Assembly (NCBI RefSeq): GCF_963921235.1
Contig: NC_086100.1
Coordinates: 202,928,001-202,992,000, forward strand
Reading direction: 5' to 3'
DNA: 64,000 nucleotides
Origin: Mobula hypostoma
Lineage: Eukaryota
Below are positions 1 to 10,624 of this stretch, in pieces; within the stretch, counting starts at the first letter, position 1; every line of letters begins with the position of its first letter. The notes under the pieces were generated by a model, which was given only the letters and a program-made list of their open reading frames with translations, made no database searches and had not been told where the DNA came from. A program made the position numbers and the translations under genes.

Positions 1-362
1 TGGCAGCTGAAAGAAAATTATAGACCAGTTAGCCTGACCTTAGTGGCTGGAAAGGTGATGGAATCAGTTGTTAAGGATGAGGTTATGGAGTACTTGGTGA
101 CACAGGACAAGATAGGACAAAGTCAGCGTTGTTTCCTTTCGGGAAAATCTTGGCTGACAAACCTGTTGGAGTTCTTTGAGGAGATTACAAGTAGGATAGA
201 TAAAGGGGATGCAGTGGATGTTGTATATTTGGACTTTCAAAAGGCCGATGACAAGGTGCCACACATATGGCGGCTTACCAAATTAAGAGCCCATGCTTTT
301 GTAGGAAAGTTGCTAAAATGGTCCTAGCATTGGCTGACTGGTAGGAGACATCAGGTGGGAAT

Positions 363-1321
363 AAGACCATAAGACAATAAGATACGTGAGAAGTAGGCCA
401 TTCGGCCCATCGAGTCTGCTCCACTGTTCAATCATGGGCTGATCCAATTCTTCCAGTCATCCCCACTCCCCTGCTTTCTCCCCTTACCCTTTGATGCCCT
501 GGCTAATCAAGAACCTATCTATCTCTGCCTTAAATACACCCAATGACTTGGCCTCCACAGCCGCTCATGGCAACAAATTTCACCCTCTGACTAAAGTAAT
601 TTCTCCGCATCTCTGTTCTAAATGAACGTCCTTCAATCCTGAAGTCGTGCCCTCTTGTCCTAGACTCCCCTACCATGGGAAATAACTTTGTCATATCTAA
701 TCTGTTCAGGCCTTTTAACATTCAGAATGTTTCTATGAGATCGCCCTCATTCTCCTGAACTCCAGGGAATACAGCCCAAGAGCTGCCAGTCGTTCCTCAT
801 ACAGTAACCCTTTCATTCCTGGAATCATTCTCGTGAATCTTCTCTGAACCCTCTCCAACGTCAGCACATCCATTCTTAAATAAGGAGCCCAAAACTGCAC
901 AGTACTCCAAGTGTGGTCTCATGAGGCCTTATAGAGCCTCAACATCACATCCCTGCTGTTATATTCTATACCTCTAGAAATGATTGCCAACATTGCATTC
1001 GCCTTCTTCACCACCGACTCAACCTGGAGGTTAACCTTTAGGGAATCTTGCACAAGGACTCCCAAGTCCCTTTGCATCTCTGCATTTTGAATTCTCTCCC
1101 CATCTAAATAATAGTCTGCCCATTTATTTCTTCCAGCAAAGTGCATGACCATACACTTTCCAACATTGTATTTCGTTTGCCACTTCTTTGCCCATTCCTC
1201 TACACTAAGTCTCTCTTCTGGCTCTCTGTTTCCTCAACACTACCCGCTCTTCCACCTATCTTTGTATCATCGGCAAATTTAGCCACAAATCCATTCATAC
1301 CATAGTCCAAATGATTGACAT
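363..1321 (-). mobile_element. CR1 LINE 3' fragment nested in CR1
   Basis: Minus-strand ORFs 919-1152 and 530-721 (QRDLGVLV, ESRTRGH, RTEMRRNYFSQRV), with 3' UTR/tail at ~363-450. ATAA occurs at both junctions. Confidence 0.85.
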
Positions 1322-2105
1322 AAAAGGATCCTTTTTTGTTTGGCTGCCAGTGTTCTACAGAGGATTGTCTTGGGACCGTTTTTTATGCTCTAAATCAATG
1401 ATTTAGATGATGGAATAATTGGCTCTGTTGCCAAGTTTGCAGATGGTATGAAGATTGGTGGAAGGGCAGATAGGGTTGAGAAACAGGTAGGATGCAGAAT
1501 GGACTTAGACAGATTAGGAGAATGGGTAAGAAAGTGGCAAATGAAATACAATGTTGGAAAATGTATGGTCATGTACTTTGGTAGTAGAAGTAAATGTTCA
1601 GACTATGTTCCAAATGGGGAGCAAATCCAAAAATCTGAGATGCAAAGGGACTTGGGAGATCTTGTGCAGAACACCCTAAGGTTAATTTGCATGTGGAGTT
1701 GGTGGTGAGGAAGGCAAATGCCATGTTTGCTTTCCTTTCAAGAGGTCTGGAGTACAAGAGTAAGGATGTGATGCTGAGGGCTTATAAGGCATTGGTGAGG
1801 TCTCACCTTGAGTGTTGTGAACAGTTTTCGGCTCCTCATCTAAGAAAAGATGTGCTGGTATTCGAGAGGGTCCAGGGGTGGTTTACAAGGATGATTCTGG
1901 GACTGAAAGTGTTATCATTTGGGGAATGTTTGATGGCTCTGGGTCTGTACTCGTTGGAATTTACAAGGGTCGGGGGGTGGATCTTATTGAAACCTTTCAG
2001 ATGTTGAAAGGCCTGGACAGAGAGATATCGAAAGATGTTTTCCATGGTGAGAGAGTCTAGGACTAAAGGGCAGAGCCTCAGGATAGAGTTGCATCAATTT
2101 AAACC

Positions 2106-2524
2106 AAACTTCCGTCCTTGGACTCACTTTACACCGCACGCTGTCGGAGCAGTGCTGCCAGGATAATCAAGGACACGACCCACCCAGCCAACACACTTTT
2201 CGTCCCTCTTCCCTCCGGGAGAAGGCTCAGGAACTTGAAGACTCGTATGGCCAGATTTGGAAATAGTTTCTTTCCAACTGTGATAAGACTACTGAACAGA
2301 TCCTGACCCGGATCTGGGCTGCACCCTCCAAATATCCGGAACTGCCTCTTGGTTTTTTTGCAGTACCTTACTTCCCCTTTTTTATTTTCTGTTTATGATT
2401 TATAATTTAAATTTTTACTATTTACTATCGATTTGTACTCCAGGGAGCGCGAAGCGCAGAATCAAATATCGCTGTGATGATTGTACGCTCTAGTATCAAT
2501 TGTTTGGCGACAATAAAGTAAAGT
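2106..2524 (+). mobile_element. Rex1/L2-like LINE 3' end
   Basis: ORF 2118-2306 (IIKDTTHPANTLFVPLPSGRRLR...RFGNSFFPTVIRLLN), AATAAA and (TAAAG)n tail. A second copy lies at ~50576-50803 on the - strand. Confidence 0.75.
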
Positions 2525-2781
2525 AAAACAGAGATGCGGAGAAATTTCTTCAGCCAGAACGTGGTGAATGTGTGGAACCTGTTACCAAAGGCAGCTGTGG
2601 AGGCAAGGTTGTTGGGCGTATTTAAGGCAGAGATTGATAGATTCTTGATTGGACACGGCATCAAAGGTGATGAGGAGCAGGCTGAGGAGTGGATTGAGGA
2701 GGGATAAAAAGGATCAGCCATGACTGAGCGGCAGAGCGGACTGGACAAGCGGAATGGCCTCATTCTGCCCCTACGTGCACC

Positions 2782-4790
2782 ACTATGCTCCTTCTCCTTG
2801 GAGCGACGGACGGTGAGAGGTGATAGAGACCCATGAGGTGAGACCTGAAGGATGAGAAGTGACCTGATAGAGGTGTACAAGATGATGATCATGTGGATAG
2901 ACAGAGACTTTTTCCCAGGGCTGAAATGGCTGCCACAAGAGGACACAGGTTTAAGGTGCTGGGGAGTAGGTACAGAGGAGATGTCAGGGGTAAGTTTTTT
3001 ACTCAGAGAGTGGTGAGTGTGTGGAATGGGCTGCCGGCAACAGTGGTGGAGGCGGATACTATAGGGTCTTTTAAGAGACTTTTGGATAGGTAGAGGGAGC
3101 TTAGAAAAATAGAGGGCTATGGGTAAGCCTAGTAATTTCTAAGGTAGGGACATGTTCGGCACAACTTTGTGGGCCGAAGGGCCTTTATTGTGCTGTGGGT
3201 TTTCTATGTTTCCATGTCTTACGGTCTTATGGAAACCTATCGATGGTGAAGGGCCTTGACAGAGTGGACGTGGAAAGGATATTTCCTGTGGTGGGAGAGT
3301 CTAAGACCAGAGGACAGAGCTTTAGAATGGAGAGGCTTCATTTTAGAACGGAGATGAGGAGGAATTTCTTTCACCAGAAATTGGTGAATCTGTGGAATTT
3401 ATTGCTACAGGCAGCTGTGGAGGCCACGACTTTATGTATATTTAAGGTAGAGGTTGATAGATTCTTGATTGGTCAGGGAATGTAGGGATACAAGGGGAAG
3501 AAAGGAGACTGGGGCTGAGAGGAAGAAGGGATTAGCCATGATGAAATGACACAGCAGCCTCGATGGGCCAAATGACCTAATTCTGATCCTATATCTTGTG
3601 CTCTTACAGTTTTTCACCCTGGTGGGACCCACTGGGGGAGGTCTTACACAGTGAAAGGTTGGGCAATGAGGAGTGTGGTAGAACAAAAAGACCTGGGAAT
3701 ATATTGAGTACAGAAGATGGGACATTTAGTTGAATATATGTAAGACGTCGGTGAGGCCGAACTTGGAGTATTGTGTGCCGGTTTTGTCACTTCCCTGCAG
3801 GAAAGACGTAAGCAAGGTTGAAAGCGTGCAGAGGAAATTTACATGGGTATTCTTACACCTGGTGGACCTGAGTTTCAGGAAAGATCGAAGGGGTTGGGAC
3901 TGTGTTCTCTAGAGTGCAGAAGACTGAGAGGAGATTTGATAGAAGTATTCAAAATTGTGAGGGATATTAACAGGGTAAATGCAAGCAGGTTTATTCCATT
4001 GAGGTTCCGTGGGAGGACAACCAGAGGTCATGGCTTAAGGGTGAAAGGTGAGAGGTTTAAGGGGAACATGAGAGGAAACTTCCTCACTCAGAAGATTGAG
4101 AGAGTGTGGAATGAGTTTCGAGCAGAAGCAGTCCATGCAATCTGGATTTCAACGTTTCAGAGAAATATAGATAGGTACATGGATAGTAGCGTTATGGAGG
4201 TCTGTGGTCCTGGTGCAAGTCGATGGGAGCTTAAATGGTTTTGGAATGGACTAAGTGGGCCAAAGAGCTGTACCTGTCCTGTACTTAATTACTCCAATTT
4301 TATAAAACTCAGGTTAGGCTACATCTGGAGTATTGCATACATTTCTCATCACCCCTTCATTGGAAGGATATTGAGGCTTTGGAGAAGTTGCAGAAGAGGT
4401 TCACCAGGACGCTGCCTAGTTTAGAGGGCATGTGCTATCACGAGAGGCTGGATAAACTTGAGTTGTTTTCTCTGGAGTGCTTGAGGCTGGGGGGAGATCT
4501 GATGGAGATTTACAAGGCTTGAAATGCCTAATATCAGAGGGCATGCATGGAAGCTGAGAGGCGGTTGTTGAAGGGGGATGTGAGGGGTAAGTTTTTTTTA
4601 CTCAGAGAGTCATGAATGCCTGGAATGCACTGCCTGATGTGATAGTAGAGGCAAATACATTGGACACTTTTAAGAGACATTTGGATAAGCATATTGATAT
4701 AAGGAAGATGGAGGTATACGGACATGGTGTAGATTAGTGTTTGGGTGTTTTTATTAGCTTTTTAGCTGGTTTGGCACAATGTTTTGAACA
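2782..4790 (+). mobile_element. Cluster of CR1 3'-end fragments of several subfamilies
   Basis: Repeated motifs RRLRGDLIEVYK, TRGH, FFTQRVV..WN.LP in ORFs 2893-3093, 3195-3485, 3843-4424; tails such as TTTCTATG. Confidence 0.8.
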
Positions 4791-4961
4791 GTTCTATTCC
4801 ATTACAACGATTGCATTGAGGTGCCATAAAGTACAACGAGAAACCAGAGCAAACTAAATATTACAGGTACAGTATAAATAGATAGTAAGGCACAAAGTCA
4901 CAACTAGGCGGGTTATGAGTTCAGGAATCCATCTTATCATATTAGGGAACCATTCAGTAGT

Positions 4962-5206
4962 CCTATGTGGGATGGCTCTGTTCGTAAAAAATTAAATGAA
5001 ATCTAAGACACATTGCTCTGCGACAACACTGGTGCCAAGCTGTATCGGCCCTAGTGCCCTCCCCTTGGACAATATCGGTGTCGTGGAGAGGGGAGACTTG
5101 CAACATGGGCAACTGTCGGTCTTCCATACAACCTTGCCCAGGCCTGCGCCCTGGAAACCTTCCAAGGAGCAAATCCATGGTCTCACGAGACTAACAGATG
5201 CCTATT
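4962..5206 (+). mobile_element. Short interspersed element, possibly RTE-related
   Basis: Discrete GC-richer block ending CGAGACTAACAGATGCCTAT, unlike its flanks. Family assignment is from recall only. Confidence 0.3.
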
Positions 5207-5985
5207 TATTTTAAGAAAGAGGTGACATAGGACTGGAAGTTGGAGAATCCTTGTGAGTAGAGTTAAGAAATCGTAAAGGTAAAGAGACCCTGATGGGAGT
5301 TGTCCCTCAACCACCAAATAGTAGTCAGGATGTGGGATACGAACTACAATGGGATAGAAATGGCTCATACCAAGTGCAATGTTACAATAGTCAAGGGGGA
5401 TTTCACTGTGCAGGTAGATTGGGAAAATCAGATTTGTACTGGAGCCCAAGAGAAGGAATTTGTAGAATGCCTACAAGATTCTACACTTGTGCTTGGGTCA
5501 CTAAGGGAATGGTAATTCTGGATCAGGTGTTGTGTAATGAACCAAATTTGATTTGGGAGCTTAAGGTAAAGGAACCCTAAAGAAGCTATGATCATAATGT
5601 GATAGAATTCACCCTGCAGTTTGAGAGGGAGAAGATGCATCTTAAAAGATGAAAAGAGCAGATTTTAAATGGATATTTTGCATCTGTATTTACTCAGGAG
5701 AGGGTCAGCAGTTTTGATCACCAACTACAAAAAGATGTGAGGAAATACAGCAGCGTTATACAGCATAGGACTTTGTGCAGATTGCAGAGGAGCAGGTGTA
5801 TGCTATCTTGAGGCAAAAAGGGTGGATAAATCACCAGGGCCGGAGAAAAGTGTTCCCTTGGACCCTGTGGGAAGCTAGTGCAGAAACTGCAGGGGCCCTC
5901 ACAGAGATATTTACAACATCCTTAATCATGGGTGAGGTGCCGGAGGATTGGAGGATAGCTGATGTTTTTTGCTGTTTAAGAAAGA
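5207..5985 (+). mobile_element. Old CR1 endonuclease/linker fragments
   Basis: GDF..QVDWENQ...EFVECLQD, and LWEASAETAGALTEIF...GEVPEDWRIADV (ORF 5775-6008). Confidence 0.7.
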
Positions 5986-5991
5986 CTCGAA

Positions 5992-7017
5992 TGTTACGTA
6001 CCCCGTAACGGGTTATAGAACCAACAGAAATGGAAAACAGTTGGAGTCTGGTATTGCTGTTAACAAGCTATTTCGTTAGTAACTACACAATACAGTATTA
6101 TATAGTCATAGTCATACTTTATTGATCCCGGTGGAAATTAGTTTTCGTTACAGTTGCACCATAAATAATAAATAGTAATAGAATCATAAATAGTTAAATA
6201 GTAATATGTAAATTATACCAGTAAATTATGAGATAAGTCCAGGACCAGCCTATTGGCTCAGGGTGTCTGACCCTCCAAGGGAGGAGTTGTAAAGTTTGAT
6301 GGCCACAGGCAGGAATGACTTCCTATGATGCTCTGTGTTGCATCTCGGTGGAATGAGTCTCTGGCTGAATGTACTCCTGTGCCCGCCCAGTACATTATGT
6401 AGTGGATGGGAGACATTGACCAAGATGGCATGCAACTTAGACAGCATCCTCTTTTCAGACACCACCCGTCAGAGAGTCCAGTTCCATCCCCACAACATCA
6501 CTGGCCTTACGAATAAGTTTGTTGATTCTGTTGGTGTCTGCTACCCTCAGCCTGTTGCCCCAGCACACAACAGCAAACATGATAGCACTGGCCACCACAG
6601 ACTCGTAGAACATCCTCAGCATCGTCCGGCAGATGTTAAAGGACCTCAGTCTCCTCAGGAAATAGAGACGGCTCTGACCCTTCTTGTAGACAGCCTCAGT
6701 GTTCTTTGACCAGTCCAGTTTATTGTCAATTCATATCCCCAGGTATTTGTAATCCTCCACCATGTCCACACTGACCCCTGGGATGGAAACAGGGGTCACC
6801 GGTACCTTAGCTATATAACCAGATAAATCAGTCAGGTTAGCAAAGTTCATGCATATATAAGTGTGGAAATATATACAAGCCAAGCTTCTTCAAGCTTAGA
6901 AGGTAAACGGTTCAATGCTCAGGTTAATTAATGAGAGATATTTTTAATCCAAAAGGTGAATGTTGTGAGAAGGCAATTACATCAATATTCCACAGATTCC
7001 ACGACAGCAATACAATA
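5992..7017. mobile_element. Possible LTR-like element split by a Rex-like LINE
   Basis: Begins TGTTACGTACCCCGTAAC. Non-coding AT-rich sequence continues on both sides of the 6104-6811 insert. No TSD established. Confidence 0.3.
6104..6811 (-). mobile_element. Rex1/Babar-like LINE 3' portion
   Basis: ORF 6250-6465 (SHPLHNVL...RSTFSQRLIPPRCNTEHHRKSFLPVAIKLYN), AATAAA and (CTATGA)n tail. Same family as 34699-35043. Confidence 0.75.
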
Positions 7018-7449
7018 TGGAGAGGAAGGGGGACGGGGGGAGAGGAAGGGGGATAGCTGGAAGGTGATAGGTGAAGCCAGGTGGGTAGGAAAGGTCAAGT
7101 GATGCAGACGAAGGAATCTGATAAAAGAGGAGAGTGGACCATAAGAGAAAGGAAAGGAGGCGGAGGAGACCCAGGAAGAGGGTTATAGGCAGGTGAGAAG
7201 AGCTGAGGGGCTAGAGTAGGGAACAGAAGAAGCAGGGAGCGGGGGGAGTGAATATTTGTCTCCAGAAGAGAAATCGATATTCATGCCATCAGGTTCGAGG
7301 CTACCCTGATGGAATATAAGGAATCGGAATTAAAATGTTTGGTCACCGGGAAGTTCCGCTTTTGGTAGATGGAGTGGAGGTGTTCGACGAAGTGGTCCTC
7401 CAATTTACGATGGGTCTCGCCAATTTAGAAGAGGTCATATCGGGAGCAG
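7018..7449 (-). mobile_element. Older Penelope-like element, GIY-YIG 3' fragment
   Basis: Diverged match to 17800-18330 (e.g. ATTCATGCCATCAGGTT.GAGGCTACCC...GGAATATAAGG; GGGTCTCGCCAAT...CGGGAGCA). Confidence 0.7.
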
Positions 7450-7659
7450 ATTAGTCCTCTGTACATTTTCTCCCTTATCTGCAGTACAACTCCCCCACTA
7501 ATAACATCTAAAAGCTATTTGAATAGTTACATTGATAGGAAAGGTTCAGAAGGATATTGGCCAAATGCAGGCAAATGGGACTGAATCAGTTGGGAGCCAA
7601 ATCACTGTAGTGGTTTCAAGCATCAGTCGCTGTGTTAGACAAAGGTCAGAGTAAATGGA

Positions 7660-8680
7660 ACCATTGAGTACTGCAGTACAGAAACAAACCCTATAGCCAA
7701 TCTTGTACATGTCAAACTGTTTCTCTGCCTAGTCCCATGGACCATAGCCCTCCATACCCTTCCCATCCATGTGTTTATCCAAACTTCTCTCAAGTGTTGA
7801 AATCAAACCTGCATCCACCATTTCCGCTGGCACCTTGTTCCACACTCACCACTCTCAGAGTGAAGAAGTTCCCCCTGTATTCCTTTTAAATAGTTCACCT
7901 TTCACCCTTAACCCATGATGTGCAGTTCTAATCTCATCCTCCCCTAATTTTGTATGTCTGTCTAGGTATCATATCCGATGCAGACTTTGGTGACCATGGT
8001 TTTCCATATAGATCTATCCTTCGTTTTTTGGATGACTTCCATTTCTTCGATGTATAGTCACCTGGCCATGCTTTTGCTGTACATAAACATAGAAACATAG
8101 AAAATAGGTGCAGGAGTAGGCCATTCGGCCCTTCAAGCCTGCACTGCCATTCAGTATGATCATGGCTGATCATCCAATTCAGAACCCTGTACCAACCTTC
8201 CCTCCATAAGCCGAGGTCTTCCTCTAGGTTTGCTCCCCTCAATCTTTCCAGAGAGTATGAGTTCTTCTAGTTCATCTTTCCGCATGATACGTCCTAGGAA
8301 TCTGAGTTGTCTTTCTCTTATTGTTGGTATGAGTGATCGAACTGCTTGGGCTCCTCTGAGAATTTCTTCATTTGATGATTGTGTGGTCCATCAAATGAAG
8401 AAATTTTGTATACCTCTATCAAATAAAGTCCCAACCTATTCAACCCTTCCTGAAAACTCAGGTCCTCAAGTCCCAGCAACACCCTTGTAAATTTTCTCTG
8501 TACTCCTTCAACCTTATTAATTATCTTTCCTGTAGGTAGATGGGTAGGTGACTGGAACTGCACATACAATACTCCAAATTAGGCCTCACCAACATCTTAT
8601 ACAACCTCAGCATAACATCCCATCTCATGAACTCAATACTAGAATTTATGACGGCCAATGTGCTAAAAGCTCTCTTTGCA
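7660..8680 (-). mobile_element. CR1 3' fragment split by an RTE 3' end
   Basis: ORFs 8521-8730 and 8318-8569 (LYKMLVRPNLEYC, VQRKFTRVL); 7660-7950 matches the CR1 3' region. Confidence 0.7.
7953..8395 (-). mobile_element. RTE-clade LINE 3' end, itself interrupted by a CR1 tail (8083-8207)
   Basis: Manual minus-strand translation gives NEEILRGAQAVRSLIPTIRERQLRFLG..MRKDELEELILSGKIEGSKPRGRPRL, typical of an RTE C-terminus. CATAA flanks the CR1 tail. Confidence 0.7.
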
Positions 8681-8749
8681 CCTAGGGTTTCCTGGACTGG
8701 CCTTTGTTGCCTTTCAACTTTCAGGAACACTTCATTATTTAAATTTTAA

Positions 8750-9490
8750 AGTCAAAGTAAATTTATTATCAAAGTACATATATGTCATCGTACACCATCC
8801 TATTGTTGCAAGCACCAACAGGAAAACAAAGACCTATATGAGAAACTAAACGAAGACTGACAAACAATCAATGTGCAAAAGAAGACAAATAGTGCAAATA
8901 AAAAAACAGTAAATAATACCAAGAACGTGAGTTGTAGAATCTTTGAAAGTGAGCCTGTAGGTTATGAGCGCAAACACGAGGAATTCTGCAGATGCTGGTA
9001 GTCCTGACGAAGGGTCTCGGCCCGAAACATTGACTGTACCTCTTCCTAGAGATGCTGCCTGGCCTGCTGCGTTCACCAGCAACTTTGATGTGTGTTGCTG
9101 TAGGTTATGAAATCAGTTGAGAGTTCATGGGTTGTTGAGTCTTTGAAAGTGAGTCTGCAGGTTGTGGAATCAGTTGAGAGTTGAGGTGTGAAGTTATCCA
9201 TGCCAGTTCAGAAGCCTGATAGGTGAAGGGTAGTAACTGTTCCTGAACCTGGTGCTGTGGGACCGAAACCCCTCCCTGATGATAGTAATGAGAAAGAGCA
9301 TTGCCTGAATGATTGGGTGATGATTAATGCTCCTTTTTTTGTGGCATTTCTCCTTGGAAATATTTCCTGTGATGGACTGGACTGTGTCCACCACTTTCTG
9401 TTGACTTTTCTGTTCCTAGGCATTTATGTTTCCATTAACAGACCATCATGCAATCAGTTAAGGTACTCTCCATAGAGGTTTGTCAGGTTT
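8750..9490 (-). mobile_element. Old Rex/L2-like LINE 3' fragment (hosts the mini-PLE)
   Basis: ORF 9194-9394 ends TRFRNSYYPSPIRLLN; AATAAA-type tail near 8760. Confidence 0.6.
8968..9097 (+). mobile_element. Miniature Penelope pseudo-LTR insertion (130 bp) with 13-bp TSD
   Basis: TSD CTGTAGGTTATGA at 8955-8967 and 9098-9110. Body is an inverted pLTR tail plus the hammerhead-containing pLTR segment also seen at 17663-17760 and 56630-56771. Confidence 0.85.
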
Positions 9491-9496
9491 AGAAGA

Positions 9497-10624
9497 CATG
9501 GAAACATAGAAACCCTACAGCACAATACAGGCCCTTCGGCCCTCAAAGTTGTGGCAAACATGTCCCGACCTTAGAAATTACTAGGGTTACCCATAGCCCT
9601 CTGTTTTCTAAGCTCCATTTACCTATCCAAAAGTCTCTTAAAAGACCCTATTGTATCCGCCTCCACCACTGTTGCTGGCAGCCCATTCCACGCACTCACC
9701 ACTCGCTGCGTAAAAAACTTACCCCTGACATCTCCTCTGTACCTACTCCCCAGCACCTTAAACCTGTGTCCTCTTGTGGCAACCATTTCAGCCCTGGGAA
9801 AAAGCCTCTGACTATCCACATGATCAATACCTCTCATCATCTTATACACCTCTATCAGGTCACCTCTCATCCTTCGTCGCTCCAAGGAGAAGACGCCAAG
9901 TTCACTCAACCTATTCTCATAAGGCATGCTCCCCAATCCAGGCAACATCCTTGTAAGTCTCCTCTGCACCCTTTCTATGGTTTCCACATCCTTCCTGTAG
10001 TGAGGCGACCAGAACTAAGCATGGTACTCCAAGTGGGGTCTGACCAGGGTCCTTTCGGCTCCTAAATTCAATTCCACAATTGATTAACGCCAATACACCA
10101 TATGCCTTCTTAACCACAGAGCCAGCCTGCGCAGCTGCTTTGAGCATCCTATGGACTCGGACCCCAAGATCCCTCTGATCCTCCACACTGCCAGGAGTCT
10201 TACCATTAATACTATATTCTGCCATCATATTTGACATACCAAAATGAATCACCTCACACTTAGCTGGGTTGAACTCCATCTGCCACTTCTCAGCCCAGTT
10301 TTGCATCCTATCAATGTCCTGCTGTAACCTCTGACAGCTCTCCAGACTATCCACAACACCCCCAACCTTTGTGTCATCAGCAAACTTACTAACCCAACCC
10401 TCCCATTTCCTCATCCAGGTCATTTAGAAAAATCACGAAGAGTAAAGGTCCCAGAACAGATCCCTGAGGCACACCGCTGGTCACCGACCTCCATGCAGAA
10501 TATGACCTGTCTACAACCACTCTTTGCCTTCTGTGGGCAAGCCAGTTCTGGATCCACAATGTCCCCTTGGATCCCATGCCTCCTTACTTTCTCAATAAGC
10601 CTTGTATGGGGTACCTTATCAAAT
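9497..10624 (-). mobile_element. CR1 LINE 3' part (host of RTE copy 1)
   Basis: ORFs 9619-9987, 9917-10423, 10389-10577 ([17 protein letters not shown]); 3' tail at ~9500. Confidence 0.9.

Larger units (their letters stand above)
1..2780 (+). mobile_element. CR1 LINE RT region to 3' end, decayed; interrupted by an antisense CR1 (363-1321) and a Rex/L2-like 3' end (2106-2524)
   Basis: ORF pieces with CR1 RT motifs (LTNLLEFFEEIT...VDVVYLDFQKA.DKVPH; WQMKYNVGKC; YKALVRSHLE). Host sequence resumes in register after each insert. Confidence 0.85.
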
